DNA of 15,821 nt from Sandaracinaceae bacterium (GCA_044220955.1 JBGAQA010000132.1:1-15821); one strand, 5' to 3'. Counted from the stretch's first letter, positions 7,184 to 15,476 are shown. Notes: generated by a model from the sequence alone, not told the origin. A program made the numbers and translations.

Positions 7184-7930
7184 ATGCCCGGGTTGACTGC
7201 ATTGCTCCTGGCCACTCCCATGTTCGGGATGTCGCTCACGCCTCCCGCGGTCGACGGCGCGATGCTCGGCACGCCGTCGGCGGTCGTCGACTTCGCGGCG
7301 ACGCTCCCGATGCCGGGGCTGCTCCAGGTCGACGACGCGACCGCCGCCGAGAGCGGCGCCGTCGCGTCGCCGGACGCCGCCGCGCAAGCCGAGGCCGACC
7401 GACGCTACACGGAGGACGTCGTCCGCCGCCGCGACCTCGGGCAGATCCACCGTGCGATGGGCATCGCGACCTGGATCGCGATGACCGGCAACCTCGTGAT
7501 CGGCATGATGCAGTACTCCGATCTCTACGGCTTCGGGGCCGGTCAGGACGCCAACCCCTGCGCGAGCGGCCAGGGCCTGGTGCTGAACCAGTGCTACGGC
7601 GACCCGTGGGCGCACATCGTCTCGGCGACGCTGACGACGACCCTCTACTCGGGCACGTTCATCCTGTCGCTCGTGATGCCCGATCCGAACGAGGCGGACC
7701 AGGGCCCGGGCGTGTTCGCCGAGCACCTGCGCATCCACGAGGTGCTGCGCTGGATCCACGCGATCGGGATGGTCTACCAGGTCGTGATCGGGGCCTTGCT
7801 GAGCAACGGCGTGTTCGGAGACCGCGCGAACAACTACGACGTGCTCCAGGCGATGGCCGCGGTGCACCAGACGATCGGCTGGGTGACCTGGGGCGCGCTG
7901 ACGGGCGCCGCCGCGGTGATGTTGTTCTGA
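7184..7930 (+). CDS. Hypothetical membrane protein: signal-like N-terminus and about four hydrophobic helices, each preceded by His
   Basis: QIHRAMGIATWIAM..., WAHIVSATLTTTLY..., IHEVLRWIHAIGMVYQVVIG..., AVHQTIGWVTWGAL...; Cys pair in the first loop; host-like codon usage. Confidence 0.8.
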   Translation: MPGLTALLLATPMFGMSLTPPAVDGAMLGTPSAVVDFAATLPMPGLLQVDDATAAESGAVASPDAAAQAEADRRYTEDVVRRRDLGQIHRAMGIATWIAMTGNLVIGMMQYSDLYGFGAGQDANPCASGQGLVLNQCYGDPWAHIVSATLTTTLYSGTFILSLVMPDPNEADQGPGVFAEHLRIHEVLRWIHAIGMVYQVVIGALLSNGVFGDRANNYDVLQAMAAVHQTIGWVTWGALTGAAAVMLF

Positions 7931-7967
7931 GCCGGAGCGCGCGGCGCGATGGGCCGTTCCGGCCCGG

Positions 7968-9815
7968 CTACCCCTGCGTCGTGACCGGCCCCGGTCCGAT
8001 CTCCGGCACGCTCGGGCGCGCCGGCGGCTGCGGTGCGGGCGCGACCTCGACGGTCGAGCGGAACGCGTACGCGTCGGCGTCGTGTCGAATGCGGAACTCG
8101 ACCGTGCACGTGCCCGCGCGCGGAAACGTGTAGGTGATCGAGAAGGTGCGACCGGCCCCCGTCGCCACGGCAGGGATCGGCCCGCCGAGCCGCCGGCCGC
8201 CCTCGATCACCACGAAGCGCGGGTCCAGGAGCGGCAGGCCGTCGTCGAGGGTGGTCGCCGTGATCATCACGGGCTGACCGGCGATCGGTGCCGGCGAGAT
8301 CGTGATGGTCTCCGCCGCGGGCGCGGCGCCGCCCCCGAGGCCGGCGAGCCGGCTCTCTGCGCCCGTCCCCTCCACGAGCAAGGCGAGCGCGGCGTCGTAG
8401 CGGGCTCGCGCCTCGTCCGGGTGGCCGGCCGCGCGCTCGTGATCACCCTCCTCCACGAGCAGCGTGGCCGCCGCGCGTCGGATCCGCAGGGCGTCCGGGT
8501 CGTCCGAGCGCTCGGCGAGCAGCGCGCCCGTCGTCGCGCCGACACCCTCGGGACCCTCCCACCGGCGCTCCGCGAGCGCCTCCTCGGCGCGCTTCACGGC
8601 CTCGGCGCGCACCTGCGTCGGCGCCGGATCGCTCGAGCCGTGAGGCCAGACGACGTAGATCCCGACCACCAGGAGCACGCCGACCAAGAACGCCACGCCG
8701 AGCACGAGCCGCGACGGCGGAGGCGCATCGAGGGGTCCGACGTCATCGAGGGGCAAGGAGGTCCGCTCGGGGGCCGGCGTGGGGGCGGACGGCGACGCGG
8801 GCCTCGTCGCCAGCGAGAAGCGGCCGGTCTTCGGGCGGCCCCACTCGACGTCCGCGGCGAACGCCGCGTCGCGCAGCGCCTGGGCGAAGTCGTTCGCGTC
8901 CGCGTAGCGCTCGGCCGGGCTCTTGGCGAGCGCGCGCATCACCACCAGCGCGATCGGCGCCGGGATGGGCGGCGTGCCTCGGGGCGCGACCAGGGGCGGG
9001 GGCGGCTGCTGCAGGTGCTTGATCAAGAGGCCGGCCGGCGAGGTGGCGTCGAAGGGGACCACGCCCGCCAGCATCCGGTACGCCAGCACGCCGAGGGAGT
9101 AGACGTCGCTGCGCGCGTCCGTCGCGACGCCGGCGGCGGCCTCCGGCGAGATGTACAGCGCCGTGCCCAGCACCACCCCCGCCGCCGTCAGCGCGATCGC
9201 CTCGTCCGGTCCGAAGCGTCGCGCGATGCCGAAGTCGAGCACCTTCACCGCGTCGGGGTCGCGGCCCCGCGTGACCAGGTACACGTTCTCCGGCTTCACG
9301 TCGCGGTGCACGACGTCTTGCTCGTGGGCGGCGCCGACGCCCTCGGCGGTCTGGACCAGGATGTGCAGCGCGCGAGACAGCGGCAGGGTCGGCTCGACAC
9401 GCAGCAGGTCGGCGAGCGAGCGCCCCTCGAGCAGCTCCATCACGAGGTACAGGCTCCCGTCCGGGAGCTGCCCCGAGAGGAATGCCCGCACCACGTTCGG
9501 GTGATCGAGCGCGCCCGAGATGCGCGCCTCGCGCTCGAAGCGCCGGACGGCGTCGGGGCTCATCGCGAGCTCCGGGTGGACGACCTTGATCGCGACGTCG
9601 CGGCCGACGCTCACCTGTCGCGCCCGGTACACCGCGCCCATCCCGCCGCTGCCGATCAGCTGGTCGATCCGGAACTGACCGAGCAGCACCTGCCCGACCA
9701 GCGGATCACCGGCGAGCGGCGTGAGCGCCGCGCCGTCCCGGGCGCAGAAGGTCGCATCCCGCTCGTAGCGGGTGCCGCAGCGCGGACATACCTTCGTGGG
9801 CGCGGGAGCCGTCAC
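7968..9815 (-). CDS. Membrane Ser/Thr protein kinase with N-terminal zinc-ribbon-like motif and C-terminal extracytoplasmic region
   Basis: CPRCG..Y.....FCARDG, GSGGMG, VAIK, HRDVKPEN, DFG, GTALYISPE, SDVYSLG; TM segment LVLGVAFLVGVLLVVGIYVVW. Start placed at GTG 9815 (TAACCT 7 nt upstream); the extension to 10739 is antisense to real genes. Confidence 0.93.
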   Translation of the reverse strand: MTAPAPTKVCPRCGTRYERDATFCARDGAALTPLAGDPLVGQVLLGQFRIDQLIGSGGMGAVYRARQVSVGRDVAIKVVHPELAMSPDAVRRFEREARISGALDHPNVVRAFLSGQLPDGSLYLVMELLEGRSLADLLRVEPTLPLSRALHILVQTAEGVGAAHEQDVVHRDVKPENVYLVTRGRDPDAVKVLDFGIARRFGPDEAIALTAAGVVLGTALYISPEAAAGVATDARSDVYSLGVLAYRMLAGVVPFDATSPAGLLIKHLQQPPPPLVAPRGTPPIPAPIALVVMRALAKSPAERYADANDFAQALRDAAFAADVEWGRPKTGRFSLATRPASPSAPTPAPERTSLPLDDVGPLDAPPPSRLVLGVAFLVGVLLVVGIYVVWPHGSSDPAPTQVRAEAVKRAEEALAERRWEGPEGVGATTGALLAERSDDPDALRIRRAAATLLVEEGDHERAAGHPDEARARYDAALALLVEGTGAESRLAGLGGGAAPAAETITISPAPIAGQPVMITATTLDDGLPLLDPRFVVIEGGRRLGGPIPAVATGAGRTFSITYTFPRAGTCTVEFRIRHDADAYAFRSTVEVAPAPQPPARPSVPEIGPGPVTTQG

Positions 9816-9822
9816 GAGCCTG

Positions 9823-9862
9823 AGGTTAGTACGTCGCCCGTCCGCTGGCGCGCTACTACACT
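9823..9862. promoter_or_regulatory. Compact divergent promoter region with two -10-like hexamers
   Basis: TAACCT on the minus strand (9823-9828) 7 nt before the kinase GTG; TACACT on the plus strand (9857-9862) 9 nt before ATG 9872. Confidence 0.4.
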
Positions 9863-9871
9863 GCGGAGCCG

Positions 9872-10399
9872 ATGACGCTGCCCGAAGATCTGCGCGAGAT
9901 GCTCTTCCGCTTCGCCGAGGCCGCCGAGCCAGACCCCGGCCGCCGCCGGATCGTGCAGCGCGGCGTCCGCGCGGCGATGCGCGCCTCCACGCTCGAGACC
10001 CGCTGGCTCGGCTCCCGCCGCGTCTTCGGAGAGCTGCGCGCCGTCGCCCTGGCCTGGGCGGGCTTCCGGGCCGAGCGGCTCGCGCGGGCGCTCGACGTCC
10101 GGCGGGAGGATGTGCGCGACCTCGGGCGTATCCAGGACTGGGAAGATCGGCTCCTCGGCGTGACGGGACACTGGACCATCGAGTCGGCGCGCTGCGCCAC
10201 CAAGCACGAGACGACGTGTCCGTACGCCGACCTCGCCGCGCACGACACGCGCATCTGCACGGATCTGGTCCACGCGCTCGAGACGGAGACGTTCGCCCGG
10301 CTCGCGCCGGGCTACCGCCTCGTACCGCTCGGGCGCCTGCTCTCGCGCGGCGACGGGGCGTGCGAGTTCCGCCACGAGCTGCCGGCGGAGCCGGCCTGA
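9872..10399 (+). CDS. V4R/ATC-hydrolase-like protein
   Basis: TCPY...ICT...LLSRGDGACEF three-Cys pattern typical of the V4R / L-2-amino-thiazoline-4-carboxylate hydrolase-like fold; TGATG coupling to the next gene. Confidence 0.65.
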   Translation: MTLPEDLREMLFRFAEAAEPDPGRRRIVQRGVRAAMRASTLETRWLGSRRVFGELRAVALAWAGFRAERLARALDVRREDVRDLGRIQDWEDRLLGVTGHWTIESARCATKHETTCPYADLAAHDTRICTDLVHALETETFARLAPGYRLVPLGRLLSRGDGACEFRHELPAEPA

Positions 10400-11730
10400 T
10401 GGCGCGAGCGAGGCCGCGAGACGACGAGGACGACGAGGGCGGGCCGATCCGGGCGCGCGGGCGCCGCACCGCGCCCGAGGAGCGCGTCTCGGACCCGCCG
10501 CTGACGACCAGCCCGCTGAGCCGGTTCGGGATCGGCTGCGCGATCACCGCGGCCCTCGCGTTCGTGGGAATGGGAGTCCTCGGGCTGCTCGTCGTCAGCT
10601 GGCAGCGCTTCGCCGCGCCCGCGATCGAGGAGGCACGCGAGGACGGCAGCGAGAGCGGGGGCACGAGCGCGAGCACGAGCGCGGCAGGCGGCACGGGCGG
10701 GAGCGCGAACGGCACCAGCGCGTCGACGGCGTCGGGCACCGATCCGCTCGCCGAGATGCGGCGGCGCTACATCCCTGGGCGCTACGTCCACGTCGAGGGG
10801 ATGATCCCGAGCGATCGCGCCTACCTCCGCACCGGAGCCCTGAGCCCCTGGCAGTCCGGCCGCGGCGCCGACACTCCCTGGCTCGTGCTCGGCGCGACCT
10901 ACGACCGAGGCGGGCCGCCCACGGCCGCGAGCGGTGGCCCACGGATCGAGCACGCGCGAGGGGAGGCGACGGATCGGCCGCTCGACGTCATCGCCGGCGT
11001 GCCGGCCGAGGCACGCGTGAGCGCGACCGACGCGAGCGGCGGCACCGACGTCACGGAGTACCTCGTCTCGTTCGAGGGCTACCCGGGCACGTTCCACCTC
11101 GCGACGACCGTGCAGACCGAGCTCGGCGTCGTGCAGGCGGCCGGGTCCGACGGGGCCACGGTGCGCTTCACCATCGGCGCGCCGATGCTGCCCGACCGCA
11201 CGTACGCCCCGCCTGGCAGGCCCTTCCGCGCGTTCATGCTCGTGTCGGCCGTCGACGGCAGCGGGCACGCCAGCGCGCCGGTCCGCCGGGAGCTGAGCGT
11301 GCTGCCCGTCGGCACGGGCGACGTCGAGGTCGCGATGACGATGAGCACCCCGACCGATCTCGACCTCTACGTGACGGATCCGAGCGGGTCGACGGTCTAC
11401 TTCGGCAGCACGAGCGTGTTCAGCGGAGGCCACCTCGACCTCGACGCGAACGCGGCGTGCAGCGGCCACATGGGCGTGAACAGCGAGCACGTGTTCTGGC
11501 CCGAGCACGGCGCGCCGGCCGGGAACTACACGGTGCGCGTCGCGCACTACGAGAGCTGCATCGGCGGAGCGCCCGTGGACTATCGCGTGACGGTCCGCGC
11601 ATGTGGCGAGACGGTGGTGCTCACCGGGCGCTTCGACGGCGACGCGCGCAGCACGACGTGCATGAGCACGCAGCCCGACGGGAGCTGGTGCCAGGACGTC
11701 GTGACCTTCCAGGCGCCGAGCTGCCAGTAG
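10399..11730 (+). CDS. Membrane-anchored protein with C-terminal YfaP/DUF2135-like domain
   Basis: ATG 10399 overlaps the upstream TGA; one TM helix (FGIGCAITAALAFVGMGVLGLLVV); S/T/G linker; DLDLYVTDPSG...GGHLDLDAN...EHVFWP...APAGNYTVRV motif. Confidence 0.8.
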   Translation: MARARPRDDEDDEGGPIRARGRRTAPEERVSDPPLTTSPLSRFGIGCAITAALAFVGMGVLGLLVVSWQRFAAPAIEEAREDGSESGGTSASTSAAGGTGGSANGTSASTASGTDPLAEMRRRYIPGRYVHVEGMIPSDRAYLRTGALSPWQSGRGADTPWLVLGATYDRGGPPTAASGGPRIEHARGEATDRPLDVIAGVPAEARVSATDASGGTDVTEYLVSFEGYPGTFHLATTVQTELGVVQAAGSDGATVRFTIGAPMLPDRTYAPPGRPFRAFMLVSAVDGSGHASAPVRRELSVLPVGTGDVEVAMTMSTPTDLDLYVTDPSGSTVYFGSTSVFSGGHLDLDANAACSGHMGVNSEHVFWPEHGAPAGNYTVRVAHYESCIGGAPVDYRVTVRACGETVVLTGRFDGDARSTTCMSTQPDGSWCQDVVTFQAPSCQ

Positions 11731-12742
11731 CGCTCGCCCTCGCCCTCGCCCTCGCCCTCGCCCTCGACCTCGCCCTCGACCTGCCCTCGCCCTCGACCTC
11801 GCCCTCGCCCTCGCCCTCGACCCGGTCCGCGATCGCGAGCCCGAGCCCCGCGTCGCCCGGGAGCTCGATCACGATCACCTCCACGCCCTCCGCGTCGAGC
11901 GCGCGAAGCGTCGCGTACAGGGTCCGCGCACGCTCGCGGTCGTCGGGGCTCGCTTGCACGAAGCGGGCGCCGGGCACCGCCTCCCGCCCCACGAACGCGA
12001 CCCGCCCCGTCGCGCCCCCGATCCGCGCGCGCGCCTCGTCCGCGTCCGCGACCGCGATCACGGTGGCCCGCGGCGCGTAGTGCGACGCGAGCATCCCGGG
12101 CGCGCGCGCCTCCCCGCCCCGCCCGTCCGCGACCGGCGCGCCGAGCACCCCCTCGATCGTCTCGCGCGGGATCCCGCCCGGCCGCAGCAGCGAGGGGACC
12201 GGCGCCGTGACGTCGACGATCGTCGACTCGAGCCCCACCTCGCAGGTGCCACCGTCGAGCACGGCGACCTCGCGGGCGAAGGGCTCCGCGAGCACGTGGG
12301 CGGCCGTCGTCGGGCTCACGCGGCCGAACACGTTCGCGCTCGGGGCCGCGAGGCCCACGCCGACCCGACGGATCACCTCGAGCGCCAGCGCGTGCCTCGG
12401 GACGCGGAGCGCGACCGTGTCGCGCCCACCGGTCACCGGGTCGAGCACGTGCGCGGCGCGTCTCACGACGAGCGTCAGCGGGCCCGGCCAGAGCACGTCG
12501 GCGAGGCGCCGCGCGGCCGGCGGGATCTCGTGCGCCCACGACGCGAGCTCGGCGGCGTCGGCGAGATGCACGATCAGCGGGTGGGCGCGCGGGCGTCCCT
12601 TCGCCTCGAAGATGCCCGCCACGGCGGCCGGGTCGTCCGCGCGCGCCGCCAGCCCGTACACGGTCTCGGTCGGGATCGCGACGAGCCCGCCGCCGCGCAA
12701 GAGCGCGACCGCCTCGTCCAGGCCGACGAGCCGCGCCCTCAC
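11621..12742 (-). CDS. sua5: L-threonylcarbamoyladenylate synthase, Sua5 type (YrdC + SUA5 domains), with aberrant repeat-derived C-terminal extension
   Basis: PTETVYGL, KGRP..HPLIVH, WPGPLT, VALRVP, APSAN, GLESTIVD, LLRPG, APGMLASHYAP, LYATLRALD, GLGLAIADR. Start set at GTG 12742 (GTGA overlap with upstream small gene). Homology ends at about 11823. Confidence 0.93.
   Translation of the reverse strand: MRARLVGLDEAVALLRGGGLVAIPTETVYGLAARADDPAAVAGIFEAKGRPRAHPLIVHLADAAELASWAHEIPPAARRLADVLWPGPLTLVVRRAAHVLDPVTGGRDTVALRVPRHALALEVIRRVGVGLAAPSANVFGRVSPTTAAHVLAEPFAREVAVLDGGTCEVGLESTIVDVTAPVPSLLRPGGIPRETIEGVLGAPVADGRGGEARAPGMLASHYAPRATVIAVADADEARARIGGATGRVAFVGREAVPGARFVQASPDDRERARTLYATLRALDAEGVEVIVIELPGDAGLGLAIADRVEGEGEGEVEGEGRSRARSRARARARARASATGSSAPGRSRRPGTSSRRAACSCTSCCARRRRSAR
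11731..11822. repeat. Hexamer tandem tract 3, (CTCGCC/CTCGAC)n with one 5-nt unit
   Basis: Begins directly after TAG 11728-11730; 5-nt unit CTGCC at 11781-11785; read through by the sua5 ORF. Confidence 0.95.
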
Positions 12743-12909
12743 TGCGCGACCCAGAGCCACACGACGCCGCCCAGCGCCAGGACCGCCGCGACCCCGAGCG
12801 CGAGCATCACCACCCGCCAGACGAGCTTCATCCAGAGCCGCGCCGCGAGCAGGCCGAAGATCGCGAGCCCGATGACGATCGCGAGCACCGACGCGGCGAG
12901 CAGAGCCAT
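12739..12909 (-). CDS. Small (56 aa) two-helix membrane protein
   Basis: MALLAASVLAIVIGLAIFGLLAARLWMKLVWRVVMLALGVAAVLALGGVVWLWVAQ*; nearly all codons end in G/C; stop overlaps the sua5 GTG; fills an otherwise empty gap. Shorter than any ORF in the track. Confidence 0.75.
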   Translation of the reverse strand: MALLAASVLAIVIGLAIFGLLAARLWMKLVWRVVMLALGVAAVLALGGVVWLWVAQ

Positions 12910-12963
12910 CGGCGACTGCTATATCTCGCCGCTCCGCGCCCAGCCACGCGGAGCGAAGAGACC

Positions 12964-13761
12964 ATGAGCACGTTCCGAGGATCCTGGGCGCTGGTCACCG
13001 GCGCGAGCGGCGGCATCGGCGAGGCGCTGGCGCGAGAGCTCGCGCGGCGAGGGGCGAGCCTGATCCTCACCGCGCGAAGCGGCGACAAGCTCGCGGCGCT
13101 GGCCACGGAGCTCCGCGCCGCCCACGGCACCGAGACGCGCGTGCTCGTCGCGGACCTCTCGATGGAGGCGGGGATCTGGCAGCTGCTCGGGATGCTCGAC
13201 GCGCTCGGCGTCACGGTGGACCACGTCGTCGCGAACGCTGGGTTCGGCGGCTTCAGCGAGCTCGCGGCCCAGCCGGAGCGCGAGCTGCTCGAGATGGTCA
13301 CGCTCAACTGCGGCGCCCTCACCGTACTGGTGCGGCATTTCCTGCCCGGGCAGCTCGAGCGCAAGCGCGGCGGGGCGATCCTCGTCGCGTCGACGGCGTC
13401 GTTCCAGCCGACCCCGCTCTACACCGTGTACGGCGCCACGAAGCACTACGTGCGCGCGATGGGCGAGGGCCTCGCCGCCGAGATCGCCGGCCGCGGCGTG
13501 ACCGTCAGCGTGCTCTGCCCGGGGCCCGTGCCCACCGGCTTCCAGTCTCGCGCGCGGACGAGCATCGCGAAGGCGCAGGAGCGCTCCGTGCTGAGCGCCG
13601 AGGACACGGCGCGCATCGGCATCGACGGCTACGAGCGCGGACGCGTCGTGGTCGTGCCCGGCCGGATGAACAAGCTGCTCGCCGCGGCCGCGACGGCGCT
13701 GCCGAACCGGGTGGTCGTGCCGGCGACCCTGCGCATGTTGCGCACGAAGGACCGGCCGTGA
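12964..13761 (+). CDS. Short-chain dehydrogenase/reductase (SDR)
   Basis: TGASGGIG, ANAGFG, catalytic Ser (VASTAS), YGATK (YxxxK), LCPGPV.T.F. Confidence 0.95.
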   Translation: MSTFRGSWALVTGASGGIGEALARELARRGASLILTARSGDKLAALATELRAAHGTETRVLVADLSMEAGIWQLLGMLDALGVTVDHVVANAGFGGFSELAAQPERELLEMVTLNCGALTVLVRHFLPGQLERKRGGAILVASTASFQPTPLYTVYGATKHYVRAMGEGLAAEIAGRGVTVSVLCPGPVPTGFQSRARTSIAKAQERSVLSAEDTARIGIDGYERGRVVVVPGRMNKLLAAAATALPNRVVVPATLRMLRTKDRP

Positions 13762-14399
13762 CGCGGTGGCTGCTCGCGCTCGGGACGCCGCTCGGGCTCG
13801 GCCTGGCGATCACGGGCTGCGGGTCGTGGGATCCGTCCATCCGGGCGCGCGAGCGCGCCGCGGAGGACTTCGCGTGCGAGAGCACGACGGTGACGCAGAC
13901 CGAGGAGAGCCGCTGGCACGCGAGCGGCTGCGGCCACGAGGGCGACTTCGCGTGCACCGCCGGCGCGCTCGAGCCGGTCTGCATCCAGGTGCGTACGGCG
14001 GGCGGCGAGGCGCCTGCGGACGAGCGCGAGACGCACGACACGCCCACGATCGCGGAGAGCGAGGCCGCGCTCTACGCGGACGCGGCGCGCGCGGATCCCG
14101 ACGTGGACGCCAGCGCCGACGAGTCGGCGGCGGAGGCCGGAGACGGCGCCGTACAGGGCCGCGTCGAGGCGGCCATCCGGGCGGGGATCGAGGCGCACCG
14201 CGCGGACGTGTACGCATGCACGCAGCGCGATCCGACGGTGGTGCGCGCGACGTACGCGGCCGACGGCAGCCTCGAGCTGCGCCTCGGCGGCGGGCTCGAG
14301 GGCAGTCCGGAGGAAGGCTGCGTGCGAGCCGCGCTCGACGGCGCTCACGCCCCCGCGGGCGCGAGCGGGACGGTGCTCCACCTCGTGCACGGGATCTGA
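13758..14399 (+). CDS. Putative lipoprotein with small 4-Cys N-domain, acidic linker and C-terminal domain with a Cys pair
   Basis: GTGA overlap with the SDR stop; GLAITGC lipobox-like; C-domain IRAGIEAHRADVYAC...GCVRAAL loosely resembles AgmX/PglI-type C-terminal domains (weak). Confidence 0.75.
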   Translation: MTRWLLALGTPLGLGLAITGCGSWDPSIRARERAAEDFACESTTVTQTEESRWHASGCGHEGDFACTAGALEPVCIQVRTAGGEAPADERETHDTPTIAESEAALYADAARADPDVDASADESAAEAGDGAVQGRVEAAIRAGIEAHRADVYACTQRDPTVVRATYAADGSLELRLGGGLEGSPEEGCVRAALDGAHAPAGASGTVLHLVHGI

Positions 14400-14423
14400 G
14401 CGGTCTCGCTCCTCGCTTCGCCG

Positions 14424-14831
14424 TCAAGGGCCCATCGGGCACGACGCCGGGTTCGTCGAGTACGCGACCGTGCGCATGCCGTCGGGATCGCTGAGCTCGT
14501 AGCACTGGATGAACCGGGGTCCGCAGCGCTCGGTGGACCACGAGTTGCCGGTCGACATCAGGCAGCCGGCCATGATGCAGGGCGTCCCGATGCCGATCGC
14601 GTTCGGCTTCGTCGTGAACTCCGTGCAGCCCTGGTCGCCGGCGCTGTCCGCGGGCCCGACGCAGGAGCCGACGAACACCGCGGGGTCGTCGAGCCCCTCG
14701 AGCGTCCCGCACATGTCGGAGACGCTGACGTCGCCGAGCGACGCGTCGTCGGGGACGCGCCCGCCGCCGCCGCCGCGGCAAGCGACGAGAGCGAGCGCGG
14801 ACAGGGCGAGGGCGAGGTGCATGGTACGCAT
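14424..14831 (-). CDS. Putative Cys-rich lipoprotein
   Basis: LALALSALALVAC lipobox, Gly linker, 8 further Cys; purine-rich GGAAGGAA upstream of ATG 14831. Confidence 0.8.
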   Translation of the reverse strand: MRTMHLALALSALALVACRGGGGGRVPDDASLGDVSVSDMCGTLEGLDDPAVFVGSCVGPADSAGDQGCTEFTTKPNAIGIGTPCIMAGCLMSTGNSWSTERCGPRFIQCYELSDPDGMRTVAYSTNPASCPMGP

Positions 14832-14988
14832 CGCGTTCCTTCCGACCTCTGCTTACCCACCGCGTCCGCGCGCACAAGACCGCCGGGGTCGGGCGTCCGC
14901 CGAGCGCGCGCGCGGCGCCCAGCGCACGCGGCCGCGACGCCCAGAGGAACGGGTCGCCCAGGAAGGGCACGACGGTCCTGGAGCGCTT

Positions 14989-15162
14989 CTCTCGACGTCG
15001 ACCTCGACCTCGCTCTCGCTCTCGCTCTCGCTCTCGCTCTCGCTCTCGCTCTCGACCTCGCTCTCGCTCTCGCTCTCGCTCTCGCTCTCGCTCTCGCTCT
15101 CGCCCTCGCCCTCGCCCTCGCCCTCGCCCTCGCCCTCGCCCTCGCCCTCGCCCTCGCTCTCT
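14989..15162. repeat. Hexamer tandem tract 4, CTCGAC to (CTCGCT)n to (CTCGCC)n
   Basis: About 170 bp containing all three unit variants in blocks; lies directly upstream of the four-helix-bundle pseudogene. Confidence 0.95.
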
Positions 15163-15186
15163 CCGGCCTTCGGCCGGACTCGCCGC

Positions 15187-15476
15187 TTGGATGGGGACGA
15201 GAAGTACGGTTGCCCGCTCGAGGAAGCACTCCAGCTGGTTCGCGAGATGCGCGAGACGGCCACGAGGATCGCGCAGCACGACGCAGACCTCGGCAAGCAA
15301 CTGCGCCGCGCGCTGACGAGCCTCCCGCTCGACATCGCCGATCGGACGCGATGCGATACGTGGCCGCGGACGCCGAGCACGTCGACGCGCTCGACCGGAT
15401 CGCGCGGACGCTGCACACGCTCGTGGAGGACGGTCGAGGCCCGCTGCTGTCGCCGCGGGCCTCGTGGTTCTCCTAG
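15187..15476 (+). pseudogene. Four-helix-bundle protein pseudogene (internal deletion plus frameshift at about 15340-15344)
   Basis: One frame gives LEEALQLVREMRETATRIAQHDADLGKQLRRALTSLPLDIA, matching IQLCRDVRAIGEQVARFDRNLLDQLRRAVTSVPLNLA of the neighbour. Another frame continues DAMRYVAADAEHVDALDRIARTLHTL, matching EALGYARVDAGVRSRLDHVIGVLVKL. About 30 central codons are missing. Start position uncertain. Confidence 0.8.

Noticed and set aside
9816..10739. N-terminal extensions of the kinase ORF (to 10739) and the YfaP-like ORF (from 9772)
   Set aside because: They overlap better-supported genes and are low-complexity. Internal starts at 9815 and 10399 have promoter-like or stop/start-overlap support.
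1621..12742. glyA, rlhA-like and sua5 as one RNA-modification operon
   Set aside because: sua5 is about 6 kb from the other two with several oppositely oriented genes between, and glyA has its own promoter-like element and RBS.
14880..14940. GC-rich inverted repeats in intergenic DNA as terminators or ncRNA
   Set aside because: Short GC palindromes are expected by chance at this base composition; no U-tract or recognisable RNA motif.
15340..15345. Programmed frameshift joining the two halves of the + strand four-helix-bundle copy
   Set aside because: No slippery sequence, and about 30 conserved central codons are physically absent, so deletion explains it better.
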